In this document: positions 18,363-28,657 of the stretch, piece after piece
Numbering within the stretch: position 1 is the first letter of the stretch
Layout: each line of letters begins with the position of its first letter
Assembly (NCBI GenBank): GCA_964388745.1
Contig: CAYMBP010000002.1
Coordinates: 20,854-82,932, forward strand
Source of the DNA: an uncultured Pseudomonadota bacterium
GTDB lineage: Bacteria > Babelota > Babeliae > Babelales > RVW-14
DNA: 62,079 nt
Direction of reading: 5' to 3'
Made by a program: the position numbers and the translations under genes
Notes under the pieces: generated by a model
Databases searched by the model: none
Told to the model about the DNA's origin: nothing
What the model saw: only the letters and a program-made list of their open reading frames with translations

Positions 18363-20569
18363 CCATTAAAAAAAATCCAACACCAAAAAAAAAGACAAGC
18401 TCTAAAAAAGCAACATCTTCAAAAAAAATAGATGCTACTCGCTCATCAGTGACAAAAAAGAAATCATCAACAGATAAAAAAATATTGAAAAAAGTAGCAA
18501 CTAAAAAAAGCACAGCTCCTAAAAATGTCTCTAAAAAAACAAGCTCTACAAAACAAGCTGTTACCAAAAAACAATCAACCCCAACAAAAACAACTACCTC
18601 AAGATCAAAAGTTGTAAAAAAGATTTCTAAAAAAACAGCAACATCTCACGCTGCAGCACTTAAACAAGCAACAAGCGCTATTAAAAAAGTATCATCTCGC
18701 AAATCCTCCTCCAAGCAAGAAGTAACCAATGACAAAGTTGTATCACTTAAAAGCATTGAAAAGCAGCTTGAAAGCCTTATTGAGCGAGGTCGGACAGACG
18801 GAGTGTTGACCTTTGAAGATCTTGCAATGTTCAGCCAAAAACATCGACTCAATGAAGAAGATGCAAATGAACTGTTTCAGATATTTGAAAAAGAAAATAT
18901 AGATCTTATTTCACAAGAAGAGCTTGATAACTCATCGCATGTATTTGAAGCACTTGACGAGGAGTCTGCTCACCGATATGATGGCCTCAAACAGAATATT
19001 GCCTCATCTCTTGAAGCAACTGAACTATCGAGTGAACTTTCTGAAGATGAAGTTTTCAATGATAAAGAAATTGAAAAAATTAAAAGTGGTCTTGAGCCAA
19101 GCCAGCTCAATGATCCTGTTAAACTTTATCTCAAAGAAATTGGTAAAATACCACTGCTAAATAAAACAACAGAAAAAATGATTGCTGATAAAATAGCAGA
19201 AGGGAAAAAAGAGGCAATTAATGCTATTGCTCAATTTCCATTTGTTGCCAAAGAATTTCTTAATATGGAAGATCGCATTCATCGAGACCCTCTCTTTTTG
19301 AAAGATGTTATTCAATTCTCAGACTTTGATGAAGACAATTCTCCAAAATTTGAAGAAGAAAAGCAAAAATTTCTTTCAGCGATTCATGGTATTCGAGATA
19401 TTATAGCCAATGAAGATAAAATCTATCGATCTTATAAAGGAAAGCTTGACAACCCTTCCAAAAAGAAAGAAATGCTTAAAAAAGTTGAAGATAATAAAAA
19501 AGCCGTTGTTCAAGCTATTGAGGATATTAAAATCTCAAATAAGCAAATTCGACGCTTTGGTAAAAAAATTGAAAAAATAATTAAAAAAATAGCTGATCGC
19601 ATTAATGAAATAGAAATAGCAGACGAGAAGCTTATCTTTTATCGTGGGCTTAAAAGTAAGCGACCAGATGATGAAGAGACCATCAATACTCTCGAAACAA
19701 GCCAGCGTACAGCCGCAAAGCTCATAAAAAAAACTGAAGGCGAAGCGGGTATTAGCAAAGAACGAATTGATGAACTATATAATCAATTTTTGATTGCTCA
19801 AAATAAAGATAAACAAGCTAAAGATGACCTAGCACGAGCTAACCTTAGACTTGTAGTTAATATCGCCAAAAAATATATTAATCGAGGCTTGCATTTTCTT
19901 GATCTAATTCAAGAAGGTAATATTGGTCTTTTAAAAGCTGTTGAAAAATTTGAGTTTGAACGAGGATTTAAGTTTTCAACCTATGCAACCTGGTGGATTC
20001 GTCAGGCAATTACTCGAGCAATTGCTGATCAATCAAGAACAATACGAGTCCCTGTTCACATGGTTGAAACCTTAAGTAAAATTAACAAAATTACACGTGC
20101 TTATGTTCAAGAAGAGGGACGAGAGCCAACATACGCAGAGCTTGCCAAAGAACTTAATCTTGATGAAAAGAAAATCAAAAATATTATCAAAATTTCTAAA
20201 GAGCCTGTCTCACTTGAAACACCTGTTGGCGATAGTGATGACACCTATCTCAAAGATTTTATTGAAGATGACAATGACTATACACCTGTTGATGCCGTTG
20301 TTAATGATGACTTGAAAGAAAAAGTTCGTGAAATTCTTAAAACACTCACCCCTCGCGAAGAAAAAGTCCTCAAGATGCGCTTTGGGATTGACGTTGCCTC
20401 AGAACACACCCTTGAAGAGGTAGGAAAAGATTTTTCTGTTACTCGTGAACGTATTAGGCAAATTGAAGTAAAGGCCCTGCGTAAACTTCGACATCCATCA
20501 CGCAGCAAACGACTTCAGAGCTTTTTCGACAAAGAGTTTGATATCGCTCCAAATGATACCATTGAATAA
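18359..20569 (+). CDS. rpoD: Primary sigma factor (sigma-70) with a Lys/Ser/Thr-rich N-terminal extension
   Basis: Region 2 is [56 protein letters not shown]. Region 4 is [28 protein letters not shown]. The ATG overlaps the dnaG stop (ATGA). The first ~125 aa are KK/S/T low complexity. Confidence 0.93.
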   Translation: MTIKKNPTPKKKTSSKKATSSKKIDATRSSVTKKKSSTDKKILKKVATKKSTAPKNVSKKTSSTKQAVTKKQSTPTKTTTSRSKVVKKISKKTATSHAAALKQATSAIKKVSSRKSSSKQEVTNDKVVSLKSIEKQLESLIERGRTDGVLTFEDLAMFSQKHRLNEEDANELFQIFEKENIDLISQEELDNSSHVFEALDEESAHRYDGLKQNIASSLEATELSSELSEDEVFNDKEIEKIKSGLEPSQLNDPVKLYLKEIGKIPLLNKTTEKMIADKIAEGKKEAINAIAQFPFVAKEFLNMEDRIHRDPLFLKDVIQFSDFDEDNSPKFEEEKQKFLSAIHGIRDIIANEDKIYRSYKGKLDNPSKKKEMLKKVEDNKKAVVQAIEDIKISNKQIRRFGKKIEKIIKKIADRINEIEIADEKLIFYRGLKSKRPDDEETINTLETSQRTAAKLIKKTEGEAGISKERIDELYNQFLIAQNKDKQAKDDLARANLRLVVNIAKKYINRGLHFLDLIQEGNIGLLKAVEKFEFERGFKFSTYATWWIRQAITRAIADQSRTIRVPVHMVETLSKINKITRAYVQEEGREPTYAELAKELNLDEKKIKNIIKISKEPVSLETPVGDSDDTYLKDFIEDDNDYTPVDAVVNDDLKEKVREILKTLTPREEKVLKMRFGIDVASEHTLEEVGKDFSVTRERIRQIEVKALRKLRHPSRSKRLQSFFDKEFDIAPNDTIE

Positions 20570-20575
20570 TGCTAT

Positions 20576-20593
20576 AGGGCCCTATAGGGCCCT
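20576..20593 (+). terminator. GC-rich palindrome after rpoD (terminator/attenuator candidate)
   Basis: AGGGCCC-TATA-GGGCCCT followed by TCTCTT. It forms part of a direct repeat CTATAGGGCC x2. Only 24 nt separate it from the next start codon. Confidence 0.4.
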
Positions 20594-20616
20594 TCTCTTA
20601 AAAAGGAGAAATCAGC

Positions 20617-21738
20617 ATGCGCATCGCCCACTTTATCACAAGCCTGACAATTGGAGGCGCAGAACGAGCACTCTACAATCGCTTAGCACACAAAAATATG
20701 CAAGGACACGATCACTTCATTATCTATCTCTATGACGGACCAATTCGCTTCAAGATAGAGTCTCTTGGTATTCAGACTCATCAACTTTCTTACTCAAAAC
20801 TTAAGTATACTCCAGATATACTTGCAAAATTGATCTCGCAAATCAAAACTTATCAACCAGATATTATCCATACTGCACTTTGGTCTGCAAACACCCTGGG
20901 TAGAATTGCTGGAAAAATAACAGGTATTCCTGTAATTTCTGATTTACATGGCAAAAGCAGTCATGAAGGACGCTTTAGAAATATAATTGAACGGCAAACC
21001 TACGGACTATCCCATACCCTCATCGCAGTAAGTGAGAGCGTTGCACAAGATTATACAAAAAACATTTTACATTATTCAAAAAAGAAAAAGTCTCGGCTTG
21101 TAACCATTCCTAATGGCATAGACTTTCAACAAATTTCACAATCAAAATCGATTTCAAGAAAATCTCTCGGCTTTGATGATAATCATTTTATCATTGGCGC
21201 TATTGGCCGCCTTGAACCAATCAAAAATTATCACTTACTAATCAACTCACTTTCAGACTTGCGAACGTTTTTACCTACAAAAATAATGAGAAACATTCGC
21301 ATTTGTCTTGTTGGTGATGGCAGTGAACGAAAAAAGCTTGAGCTGACCATCCAAGAATTACAACTTGAAGATATTGTTTTTTTTGCAGGAGAGCAAGACA
21401 ACCCGCATGATTGGTACCCTCTTTTTGATTGTTTCACTTTGTCATCATTTTCTGAAGGACTATCAATTGCACTACTTGAAGCTCTTGCACATACTATTCC
21501 AATTGTCACAACTAATGATACACTAAAGCATGACGTAATCACTCACCAAGAACACGGCTTAATTGTTACTGAAAAAAAAAGTGAAGCGTTTGCCAGGGCT
21601 CTTGCCAAACTCATCACCAACCAACAACTTAAAAAACATATGAAAAAGGCAATCAAAAAACATATTGCTCAATTTGACCTTGGAATATCACTACAAAAAT
21701 ATAACCATTTATACAAGACCATTTGCAAAAAAAATTGA
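20617..21738 (+). CDS. Family 4 glycosyltransferase
   Basis: The N-terminus is MRIAHFITSLTIGGAERAL. The EX7E region is SSFSEGLSIALLEALAHTIPIV. AAGGAG lies 9 nt upstream. Confidence 0.8.
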   Translation: MRIAHFITSLTIGGAERALYNRLAHKNMQGHDHFIIYLYDGPIRFKIESLGIQTHQLSYSKLKYTPDILAKLISQIKTYQPDIIHTALWSANTLGRIAGKITGIPVISDLHGKSSHEGRFRNIIERQTYGLSHTLIAVSESVAQDYTKNILHYSKKKKSRLVTIPNGIDFQQISQSKSISRKSLGFDDNHFIIGAIGRLEPIKNYHLLINSLSDLRTFLPTKIMRNIRICLVGDGSERKKLELTIQELQLEDIVFFAGEQDNPHDWYPLFDCFTLSSFSEGLSIALLEALAHTIPIVTTNDTLKHDVITHQEHGLIVTEKKSEAFARALAKLITNQQLKKHMKKAIKKHIAQFDLGISLQKYNHLYKTICKKN

Positions 21739-21898
21739 CATGACAAATGATATTATAAAAAATTTTTGAGGAATTTTAATCAAAATTTTCATCTTGAAAT
21801 CAACAAAAAACTTTAAAAAATATTTGCTTTTTTTATTTTGATCATGTACATTTAGGTCATCAAGTAAATCAACTACTTAATTTAGATAACCTCCATTT

Positions 21899-21934
21899 CC
21901 CCTGTCCAAGACGTTCGTCTGGATGGGGGTTTTT
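21899..21934 (+). terminator. Imperfect GC hairpin plus T5
   Basis: CCCCTGTCCAAGACG-TT-CGTCTGGATGGGG followed by GTTTTT, immediately upstream of the truA start. Confidence 0.4.
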
Positions 21935-21945
21935 AATTGAATAAA

Positions 21946-22695
21946 ATGAACAAATTTAAAGCAATAATTGCTTACGATGGTACTTCCTACAAAGGATGGC
22001 AAATTCAAAAAAAAGATATAACTATTGCTGGTACATTAATCAAACATTTTAAACGCACTTTTAATCATGATATTGTACTTCTTGGTGCATCTCGTACCGA
22101 TGCGGGTGTTCATGCTCTTGGACAGACGGCTCGGATTATTACAGAATTGCCGTGTGATATACAAAAAATACAGTCAGCTTGGAATAAAGCGCTTCCACCT
22201 GATATTGTCATTCGCTCACTTGAAAGAATATCAAACTTTCATCCCTGTGTTAACGTCAAAGAAAAAACGTATTACTATACTCTTTTTCTCAAACGGCCAC
22301 TTCCCTTTATTGCTCGATATGGGTGGTTTTATGACTTTATCAAATTAATTGATCTTGCTTTATTTGAAAAGTTACTTCACAGCTATATTGGCACACATGA
22401 TTTTGCCTCTTTTTGCAAATGGGAACCAAACAAAACAACCATTAGAACAATAACAGATATCTCACTGAAAAAAATCAAACAACACAATGCACTGCTCATA
22501 ACCGTCAAAGGGCCAGGTTTTGCTCGCTTTCAAATTCGACGTATGATAGGATATGCACTGGATATTGCACGGATTTCACCAAGGCCTTTAGAACATCTTC
22601 GTGACCTGCTGAATAATCCTAATCATGAACAAACCTTTATCAAAGCAGACGGAGCTGGATTATGCTTAAGAAAAATTGTCTATCAGAAACCATGA
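21946..22695 (+). CDS. truA: tRNA pseudouridine(38-40) synthase
   Basis: FKAIIAYDGTSYKGWQIQ and GASRTDAGVHALGQ (catalytic Asp motif). I preferred the ATG at 21946 over the TTG at 21937. Confidence 0.88.
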   Translation: MNKFKAIIAYDGTSYKGWQIQKKDITIAGTLIKHFKRTFNHDIVLLGASRTDAGVHALGQTARIITELPCDIQKIQSAWNKALPPDIVIRSLERISNFHPCVNVKEKTYYYTLFLKRPLPFIARYGWFYDFIKLIDLALFEKLLHSYIGTHDFASFCKWEPNKTTIRTITDISLKKIKQHNALLITVKGPGFARFQIRRMIGYALDIARISPRPLEHLRDLLNNPNHEQTFIKADGAGLCLRKIVYQKP

Positions 22696-23375
22696 AACAA
22701 AACAGAGATCTTTATGAAGTAATCATCAGGACAATTAGTGGTTCACTGATGGCACTTGGACTAGTAACCATGTATTATTTTCTGCCAAACTTTTATGAAA
22801 AATTCTTTCTTATTTTTTTATCTTGTTTTGCAGCGTATGAATTTGCTCAACTACTTTCCAGTCATATACTAAGATCTATGCTCTCTATTCTTCTTTACCC
22901 AGTCTTGCCTACCCTTGCCCTCATCTACCTTCATAAAAATTATCGGGAAGTCAATCTGCTATTCCCCCTCACTCCTTTTATTATCGCAGCTCTTGCTGAC
23001 ACCGGAGGCTACTTTGTTGGTAAATTATGGGGGACCCATAAAATATGCATACGCATCAGCCCAGGGAAGTCATGGGAAGGGTTTGCAGGAAGCTTTGTAG
23101 CCGTTACTATTTTTCTTTACTTCGCACAGGCATTTTTTGCTCAAACCCCACTCGACTGGATTACTCATCAAGGGGTTATTCTTATGAGCCTTGTTGGACT
23201 ACTATTCACAGCCGTTGCTTTTCTTGGAGGCTTTTTTATTTCATTTCTTAAAAGAAGACAAGGCGTCAAAGATAGTGGATCTATTATTCCTGGCCACGGC
23301 GGCATTCTTGATCGGTGCGATTCAGTCTTTTTTTTAGCCCCTCTGATATGGCTAATAGACTTTATTTTTCGATAA
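22692..23375 (+). CDS. cdsA: Phosphatidate cytidylyltransferase
   Basis: DTGGYFVGKLWGTHKI..ISPGKSWEGFAGS and KRRQGVKDSGSIIPGHGGILDRCDSVFF form the CdsA signature. There is an ATGA start/stop overlap with truA at 22692-22695 (the ORF track's alternative start is 22662). Confidence 0.85.
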   Translation: MKQNRDLYEVIIRTISGSLMALGLVTMYYFLPNFYEKFFLIFLSCFAAYEFAQLLSSHILRSMLSILLYPVLPTLALIYLHKNYREVNLLFPLTPFIIAALADTGGYFVGKLWGTHKICIRISPGKSWEGFAGSFVAVTIFLYFAQAFFAQTPLDWITHQGVILMSLVGLLFTAVAFLGGFFISFLKRRQGVKDSGSIIPGHGGILDRCDSVFFLAPLIWLIDFIFR

Positions 23376-23583
23376 TAGATTATTCTTTTTGCAAGAAAAG
23401 AGATAAACCCGTATAATTAACGAATAGTTTATCTTAAGTAACTTTATAGCGCTAAAACTTATAATTAACACAATTGCTTCAGCTGAAAAGGAAGCTTTTG
23501 CAATTTATTTCGCTTATTTCAAGCTAACAACCTCACTGAAGCAAAATGTATTGATATAAGAAACAACTGCCGAATACATAACA

Positions 23584-24078
23584 ATGGTTTTTTTAAATAG
23601 TATTTACTCTTTTATCTCCTTACTCTTCCAAGTTAATCTTTTAGTAAGTATTCTATGGATCATTACTGCATTTGTTTTGCTTTTAATTGAAATAGCATTG
23701 CCCGGATTTTTCTTTTTTATCTCTTTTGCTTGTGGATGCCTTATTGCTTCATTTTTTGCCTTTTTGCACGAACCATTTTCTTCACAGATAATCGCCTGGC
23801 TTCTATCAACTACAATTAGTTTTTTCATTCTTAGACGATTTAGTAAAAAAGGACTTCCGCATCATTATTCCTCAAACTATAATGCTCTCATTGGTAAAAA
23901 AGGCACAGTAATACAAGAAATCAAACCATTTAAATCTGGCAGAGTAAAAATTCGAGGAGAATCGTGGGCCGCTATTACCTACAATGAAACAATTTCTCGA
24001 GGAACTTCCATTCGTGTGCTTGATATCAAAGGAAATAAAGTTATTGTACAATCTACTCTACCAAAGGATTTAGCATGA
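23584..24078 (+). CDS. NfeD-family membrane protein
   Basis: Three N-terminal TM segments, then the C-terminal OB-fold block GKKGTVIQEIKPFKSGRVKIRGESWAAITYNETISRGTSIRVLDIKGNKVIV. Confidence 0.8.
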   Translation: MVFLNSIYSFISLLFQVNLLVSILWIITAFVLLLIEIALPGFFFFISFACGCLIASFFAFLHEPFSSQIIAWLLSTTISFFILRRFSKKGLPHHYSSNYNALIGKKGTVIQEIKPFKSGRVKIRGESWAAITYNETISRGTSIRVLDIKGNKVIVQSTLPKDLA

Positions 24079-25046
24079 TTATTCTCTATCTTTTTACGCT
24101 TTTTCTCATTATTTTTGTTTTTCTTATGTCAATTGTATACCGGGCAACTTTCTTGGTTAAACAAGCTGAAATCATTATTATTGAACGCTTTGGTAAATTT
24201 CATCGTGTCTTAAGCTCTGGACTGCACTTGGTTATTCCCTTTATCGACAAACCACGTCAAACACTCTGGACATTTATTAAAGAGGATTATAAGGGGCACG
24301 CTATTCATCGCTATAGCTCATATGTTGAACGAATTGACTTACGAGAAGCTGTTTACGATTTTCCTAAACAAAATGTAATTACCAAAGACAACGTGACCAT
24401 GGAAATCAATGCTTTACTTTATTATCAAATTACAGACCCTCAAGCAGCAGTCTATGAAGTTGCGAATCTTCCCCAAGCCATTGAAAAGCTTGCACAAACT
24501 ACCATGCGAGATATCATCGGTTCCATGGACCTTGATGAAACACTTACCTCTCGTAGCAACATCAATGAGCAGCTGCAAATTATTCTAGACGAAGCTACAG
24601 ATAAATGGGGTGTAAAAGTTAATCGAGTTGAGCTTCAAGAAGTAAACCCTCCCCAAGATATTCGTATTGCCATGGAAAAACAGATGCGTGCAGAGCGTGA
24701 CCGTCGTGCCCATATCCTTGAGGCTGAAGGTAAAAAACGAGCGGCTATTCTAGAAGCAGAGGGAGATAAAATGGCCCAAATAACTCGTGCCTCAGGAGAA
24801 GCAGAAGCACGGCTCAAACTTGCATCAGCTGAAGCTGAAGCGATTACCTTTATCAAAGGGGCTGTTCCTGAAAAAGATCCCCTTCCTTATTTGATTGCAC
24901 AAAATTATATTCGAGCATTACCTGAAGTGACCAAGGATAAAGATGGGAAGCTTATTTTAGTTCCTTATGAAGCCTCTTCGCTTGTTGGAAGTCTTGCAAC
25001 GATCAAAGAAATTTTTACCCATACACAAGATAAGCCAAAAGATTAA
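24075..25046 (+). CDS. SPFH/band-7 (stomatin/QmcA-like) protein
   Basis: An N-terminal TM segment, then VKQAEIIIIERFGKFHRVLSSGLHLVIPFID...VITKDNVTMEINALLYYQITDP and an Ala/Glu-rich coiled coil. It has an ATGA overlap with the nfeD-like gene. Confidence 0.85.
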   Translation: MIILYLFTLFLIIFVFLMSIVYRATFLVKQAEIIIIERFGKFHRVLSSGLHLVIPFIDKPRQTLWTFIKEDYKGHAIHRYSSYVERIDLREAVYDFPKQNVITKDNVTMEINALLYYQITDPQAAVYEVANLPQAIEKLAQTTMRDIIGSMDLDETLTSRSNINEQLQIILDEATDKWGVKVNRVELQEVNPPQDIRIAMEKQMRAERDRRAHILEAEGKKRAAILEAEGDKMAQITRASGEAEARLKLASAEAEAITFIKGAVPEKDPLPYLIAQNYIRALPEVTKDKDGKLILVPYEASSLVGSLATIKEIFTHTQDKPKD

Positions 25047-25063
25047 CAATAAATTTTCCAGAC

Positions 25064-25084
25064 AACGCCCTTCTTTTGGGCGTT
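25064..25084 (+). terminator. Weak hairpin after the SPFH gene
   Basis: AACGCCC-TTCTTTT-GGGCGTT. Only a short T tract follows. Confidence 0.3.
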
Positions 25085-25340
25085 TGCGGCCCGATGAGTT
25101 ATTTTGTAAACTAAGTTGAGGTTAAAAATAGAAGTTTATTATATTATCTATAGCAAAGAATCTTGACTAATTAATACAGCTCTAATCTATGGGGCATTCT
25201 CTGCGAACAAGGTGAGCATAAGAATCTAGTCCTTATTTGTTTCAAAAATCTTCACGCTCGCTTTAGCTTGTTGAGAGTAACGATCAAAAATGTGTATTAA
25301 TTTAAAAAAACTTTGCTATAAAAATTATGGAGGTTATGTC

Positions 25341-26915
25341 ATGTTATACCGTAACATAGGACTTTTAGCTCTTGCTCTTGGATGTATAACACCATCCGCT
25401 TATTCTATGCAATCAGAAAATGAAAAGGCTGAAAATACTTCATTCTGGAGTACAATCTATAATGGTGCAAATAGTGTTAAAACGTTTTTTACAGGAACTC
25501 CATCATCCGAATCTCAATCAACAGCCCCAGCAAATCCAAAAACTCAAGCAAAAAATGATAACAACCAAAAAAAAATAGATAATGAGCTTACACAAAATAT
25601 TATAAAAACCCTTGAGCAAACTCCTCTGTCTCAAAGTCCATCAACTACAACAACCCAAGAAAAAATAGCTGCAGAAAACACTGCGCCTCCAGCAGATAAG
25701 ACTGGTGATGCTCAAAATAATGATGATGTAGAAACTGAAGATGAAGCTGATAACAAAGACGAAGCTGATAACAAAGAAAAAATAGAACCTACTAACGCAA
25801 AAGAGAACTTAAACAATCAAGCTCTACCTACTCCAACGCAAGAAGAAATATCAAGCGCTGCAGATAAAAATACAAGCCCAGAGTTAGGAGAAAGTTCTAA
25901 CCCTATTCTTATCAATTCAGAATCAGACGAAGTAACTGTTCTGCGTGAAAAAGAATTTGATGAAATAAAAAAAGAGTTTGTCCAAAAAGAACAAGAATTA
26001 AAAGAAAAAGAGAACTTAAACAATCAAGCCCTACCTACTCCAACGCAAGAAGAAATATCAAGCGCTGCAGATAAAAATACAAGCCCAGAGTTAGGAGAAA
26101 GTTCTAACCCTATTCTTATCAATTCAGAATCAGACGAAGTAACTGTTCTGCGTGAAAAAGAATTTGATGAAATAAAAAAAGAGTTTGACCAAAAAGAACA
26201 AGAATTAAAAGAAAAAGAACAAAGCCTTAATAATGCAAAAGCTCAACTCAACAATGAAAAATCTGAACTTAATGCACAAAAAGAGAATCATAATCGAAAC
26301 AATATTGCAGCGCATGCTTGGTTTGAGCAAGAAAAGCAAAAGCTTAACGAAAAAGAACAAGAATTAAAAAAGAGAGACAGAGAGCTCTTAATCAGAGAAA
26401 ATGATCTTGAAAATGATCTTAGAGACAGAGAGCTTCTTAATAACTCAATAACTCAAGAACGCGAAGCGGCAACCAAAAGAAATTTTACTCAGACAAACAC
26501 TATCAGCGATCTTCAATTAAAGAATCAAGAACTTGCAAAACAGAACAGTACGCTGCAACAAGAAATAAATCGTTTTAAGCAATTAGTTGAGACGCTTCGC
26601 CAACAAAATAAGGAACTTATTCAAAAAAATAATACTCTCAAAAATCAACCCCAAAACCCAGCTATACCCCAGCGTCAACATCTTAATATAACGGTTCCAA
26701 TGTTTCAATCATGCGATAATGGCGTTTCTGTGGCTCAATTCTTTGCTTGGTGTAACACAACCCTTAATAAACCAGACCTTCCAATAAAAATAAAAGATGC
26801 CATAAAGAATGCCTTAACAAAGAACATCGGAAGCAAATATTTGAAAAAACCAGAATTCGTTAGTGGCATACAAATGTATAGAAATGCCATTGTAGCAGCA
26901 ATTAATAATGCTTAG
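25341..26915 (+). CDS. Secreted (possibly lipid-anchored) coiled-coil protein with an internal 69-aa duplication
   Basis: GGAGG at 25329-25333 precedes the ATG at 25341. The signal peptide MLYRNIGLLALALGCITPSAYS carries a lipobox-like ALGC. The central region is acidic and the second half is a long Gln/Glu/Lys/Asn coiled coil. Confidence 0.7.
   Translation: MLYRNIGLLALALGCITPSAYSMQSENEKAENTSFWSTIYNGANSVKTFFTGTPSSESQSTAPANPKTQAKNDNNQKKIDNELTQNIIKTLEQTPLSQSPSTTTTQEKIAAENTAPPADKTGDAQNNDDVETEDEADNKDEADNKEKIEPTNAKENLNNQALPTPTQEEISSAADKNTSPELGESSNPILINSESDEVTVLREKEFDEIKKEFVQKEQELKEKENLNNQALPTPTQEEISSAADKNTSPELGESSNPILINSESDEVTVLREKEFDEIKKEFDQKEQELKEKEQSLNNAKAQLNNEKSELNAQKENHNRNNIAAHAWFEQEKQKLNEKEQELKKRDRELLIRENDLENDLRDRELLNNSITQEREAATKRNFTQTNTISDLQLKNQELAKQNSTLQQEINRFKQLVETLRQQNKELIQKNNTLKNQPQNPAIPQRQHLNITVPMFQSCDNGVSVAQFFAWCNTTLNKPDLPIKIKDAIKNALTKNIGSKYLKKPEFVSGIQMYRNAIVAAINNA
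25803..26216 (+). repeat. Tandem direct repeat, 2 x 207 bp, in frame
   Basis: Copy 1 (25803-26009) and copy 2 (26010-26216) differ at 2 positions by eye: GCT/GCC (silent) and GTC/GAC (Val/Asp). A separate 18-bp tandem GAAGCTGATAACAAAGA(C/A) x2 lies at 25744-25779. Confidence 0.9.
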
Positions 26916-27056
26916 AAAAACTGCTTTATAGCAAAAAATAATTTAGCTTGCACAAACATTGGGGTCATCCTAGACTCTATCACTTTACTCTAATGAAAAA
27001 ATAGACTGTGCAACTCTTAAAAGATTTAGCTATATTTATTTATGGTCTAAAATTCA

Positions 27057-27081
27057 GAGAGGCCCAAAAAAATGGGCCTCT
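27057..27081. terminator. Hairpin between convergent genes
   Basis: AGAGGCCCA-AAAAAAA-TGGGCCTCT followed by CTTTTAATATTCTTT. It lies 14 nt from the uvrC stop. Confidence 0.55.
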
Positions 27082-27094
27082 CTTTTAATATTCT

Positions 27095-28657
27095 TTAAGT
27101 CTCCTGACGACTACGCTCAACATGCCTATGAAAAGAAAGCGCAAAATGATGTGCATAATCCCTCAAAGCAATAAGCGCTTGTCCTACAAATGAACGAATA
27201 TCTAGCTTTTTTCCATCAGGAAATTTTTCAGTAAAAACAATCTCTTCTCTTTTTGCAAGGCTAATGCATCGCCCTTCAGGAATAAGGTTTCTAACGGCAT
27301 TAAGCTGCCCCTTACCTCCATCAATTAAAACCAGATCAGGTAACTGCCCAGAATCTTTATATCGCCGATTTACCACCTCTTTTAGTGAGGCATAGTCATC
27401 AATACCATCAACCGATTTAATATAAAATTTTCGAGAATTATTTTTATCCGGTTTACCATCTTTAAAACGAACACAAGAGCCAACCATAAAGCGCCCTTGC
27501 TTATGAGAAATATCAAAACAGTCTATAGTACGAGGTGCAATTGGCAATAAAAACATCTGCTGCAAAAGCTGTGGTAATAAAACTTGTTTACTTACCTCTT
27601 TATGAGCGTGTAAGCGAGCAAGACGCATTAATGCTGCTTCGTGTCCATTATCGGGAAAAATAATACGTACCTGGTACGAAAGCTCATGCCATTTGCTCAA
27701 GAAAGCTTCCCACAAATTTGTATCTAGCTCAAAATTAATTAAAATTGTTGCAGTTGGCGCATTGACCCGATAGTAACTTGCCATATTCTCTGCAATCTCA
27801 TCATCCGATTTAGATATACTATGAAAAATAGCTTTTTGTTTGAATTGGGTTGATCGTTCTTCAAAGAGAAAGAGAAGATGTCCTCTCTCATCCCAAAACC
27901 AAATATGATGAGCCAATAAACCATCCTGAGCTGCAGCACGTGTATCAAGAACACCATATACTTTTTGAAAAGCCATTAAATAATCATGCAGCTTACGTGA
28001 ATATTCAAAGGTTTGATTATAGTTACTTTTAGCTATTTCTTCTTGCAAGTAAATAAGGAATTTGGCATGCCCCTTTTTTAAAGCTGCTCGAGCAAACTCA
28101 ATATTCTTTTTATAGACCTCAACATCTGCATCATCTCGACAAAATCCGGCACACTGCCCCATATGAAAATAAAGGCAACCATTCTTAATTTTTTTACCAC
28201 AACGCTGTAGTCGAAATGTCTTAACTAAAAAATCATAAACCTTGCGCGCTGCTCCTTTTTCAAGAAAAGGACCAAAATAAGAACCTCTCTTTTTTTTCTG
28301 CCGTACAAGCTTAATATCTGGAATAATATCTGCTGTAATTAAAATATATAAAAATGGCTGACCAGACTTAAGAAGTACATTGCACTTAGGCTGATGTGCC
28401 TGAATAAGCTGTGCCTCAAGAAGCATTGCTTCCACTTCATTAGTCGTTACCAAATGCTCAAGTGCTACACTAGCTCCTAAAATAGCATCAACACGCATAT
28501 CTCGCCCTTGACGCTGCAGGTAGTTACTCACGCGCTTACGCAACGACTTTGCCTTGCCAACATAGACAATTACTCCCCGCGCATCTTTAAAAAGATATAC
28601 ACCTGGAGCATAGGGTAATTTTTTTATTTGAGCCTCAAGTTGCTGCTGTTCTTTCAT
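27095..28657 (-). CDS. uvrC: Excinuclease ABC subunit C, short form without the C-terminal (HhH)2 domain
   Basis: The GIY-YIG block is PGVYLFKDARGVIVYVGKAKSLRKRVSNY...EVEAMLLEAQLIQAHQPKCN. The endonuclease domain is LPDLVLIDGGKGQLNAV...LRDYAHHFALSFHR. The protein ends about 20 aa after that block (520 aa). Confidence 0.85.
   Translation of the reverse strand: MKEQQQLEAQIKKLPYAPGVYLFKDARGVIVYVGKAKSLRKRVSNYLQRQGRDMRVDAILGASVALEHLVTTNEVEAMLLEAQLIQAHQPKCNVLLKSGQPFLYILITADIIPDIKLVRQKKKRGSYFGPFLEKGAARKVYDFLVKTFRLQRCGKKIKNGCLYFHMGQCAGFCRDDADVEVYKKNIEFARAALKKGHAKFLIYLQEEIAKSNYNQTFEYSRKLHDYLMAFQKVYGVLDTRAAAQDGLLAHHIWFWDERGHLLFLFEERSTQFKQKAIFHSISKSDDEIAENMASYYRVNAPTATILINFELDTNLWEAFLSKWHELSYQVRIIFPDNGHEAALMRLARLHAHKEVSKQVLLPQLLQQMFLLPIAPRTIDCFDISHKQGRFMVGSCVRFKDGKPDKNNSRKFYIKSVDGIDDYASLKEVVNRRYKDSGQLPDLVLIDGGKGQLNAVRNLIPEGRCISLAKREEIVFTEKFPDGKKLDIRSFVGQALIALRDYAHHFALSFHRHVERSRQET

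Noticed and set aside
21740-21936. A 200-nt AT-rich spacer ending in a hairpin plus T5, considered as a small RNA gene (SRP RNA or 6S-like).
   Set aside because: No conserved SRP or 6S sequence motifs are recognisable. The hairpin is adequately explained as a terminator or insulator before truA.
23375-23583. Inverted repeat TTGCTTCAG...CTGAAGCAA about 60 nt apart, upstream of the nfeD-like gene. I considered a regulatory RNA structure.
   Set aside because: It is a single 9-bp pairing with a long unstructured loop, and no supporting motif is present.
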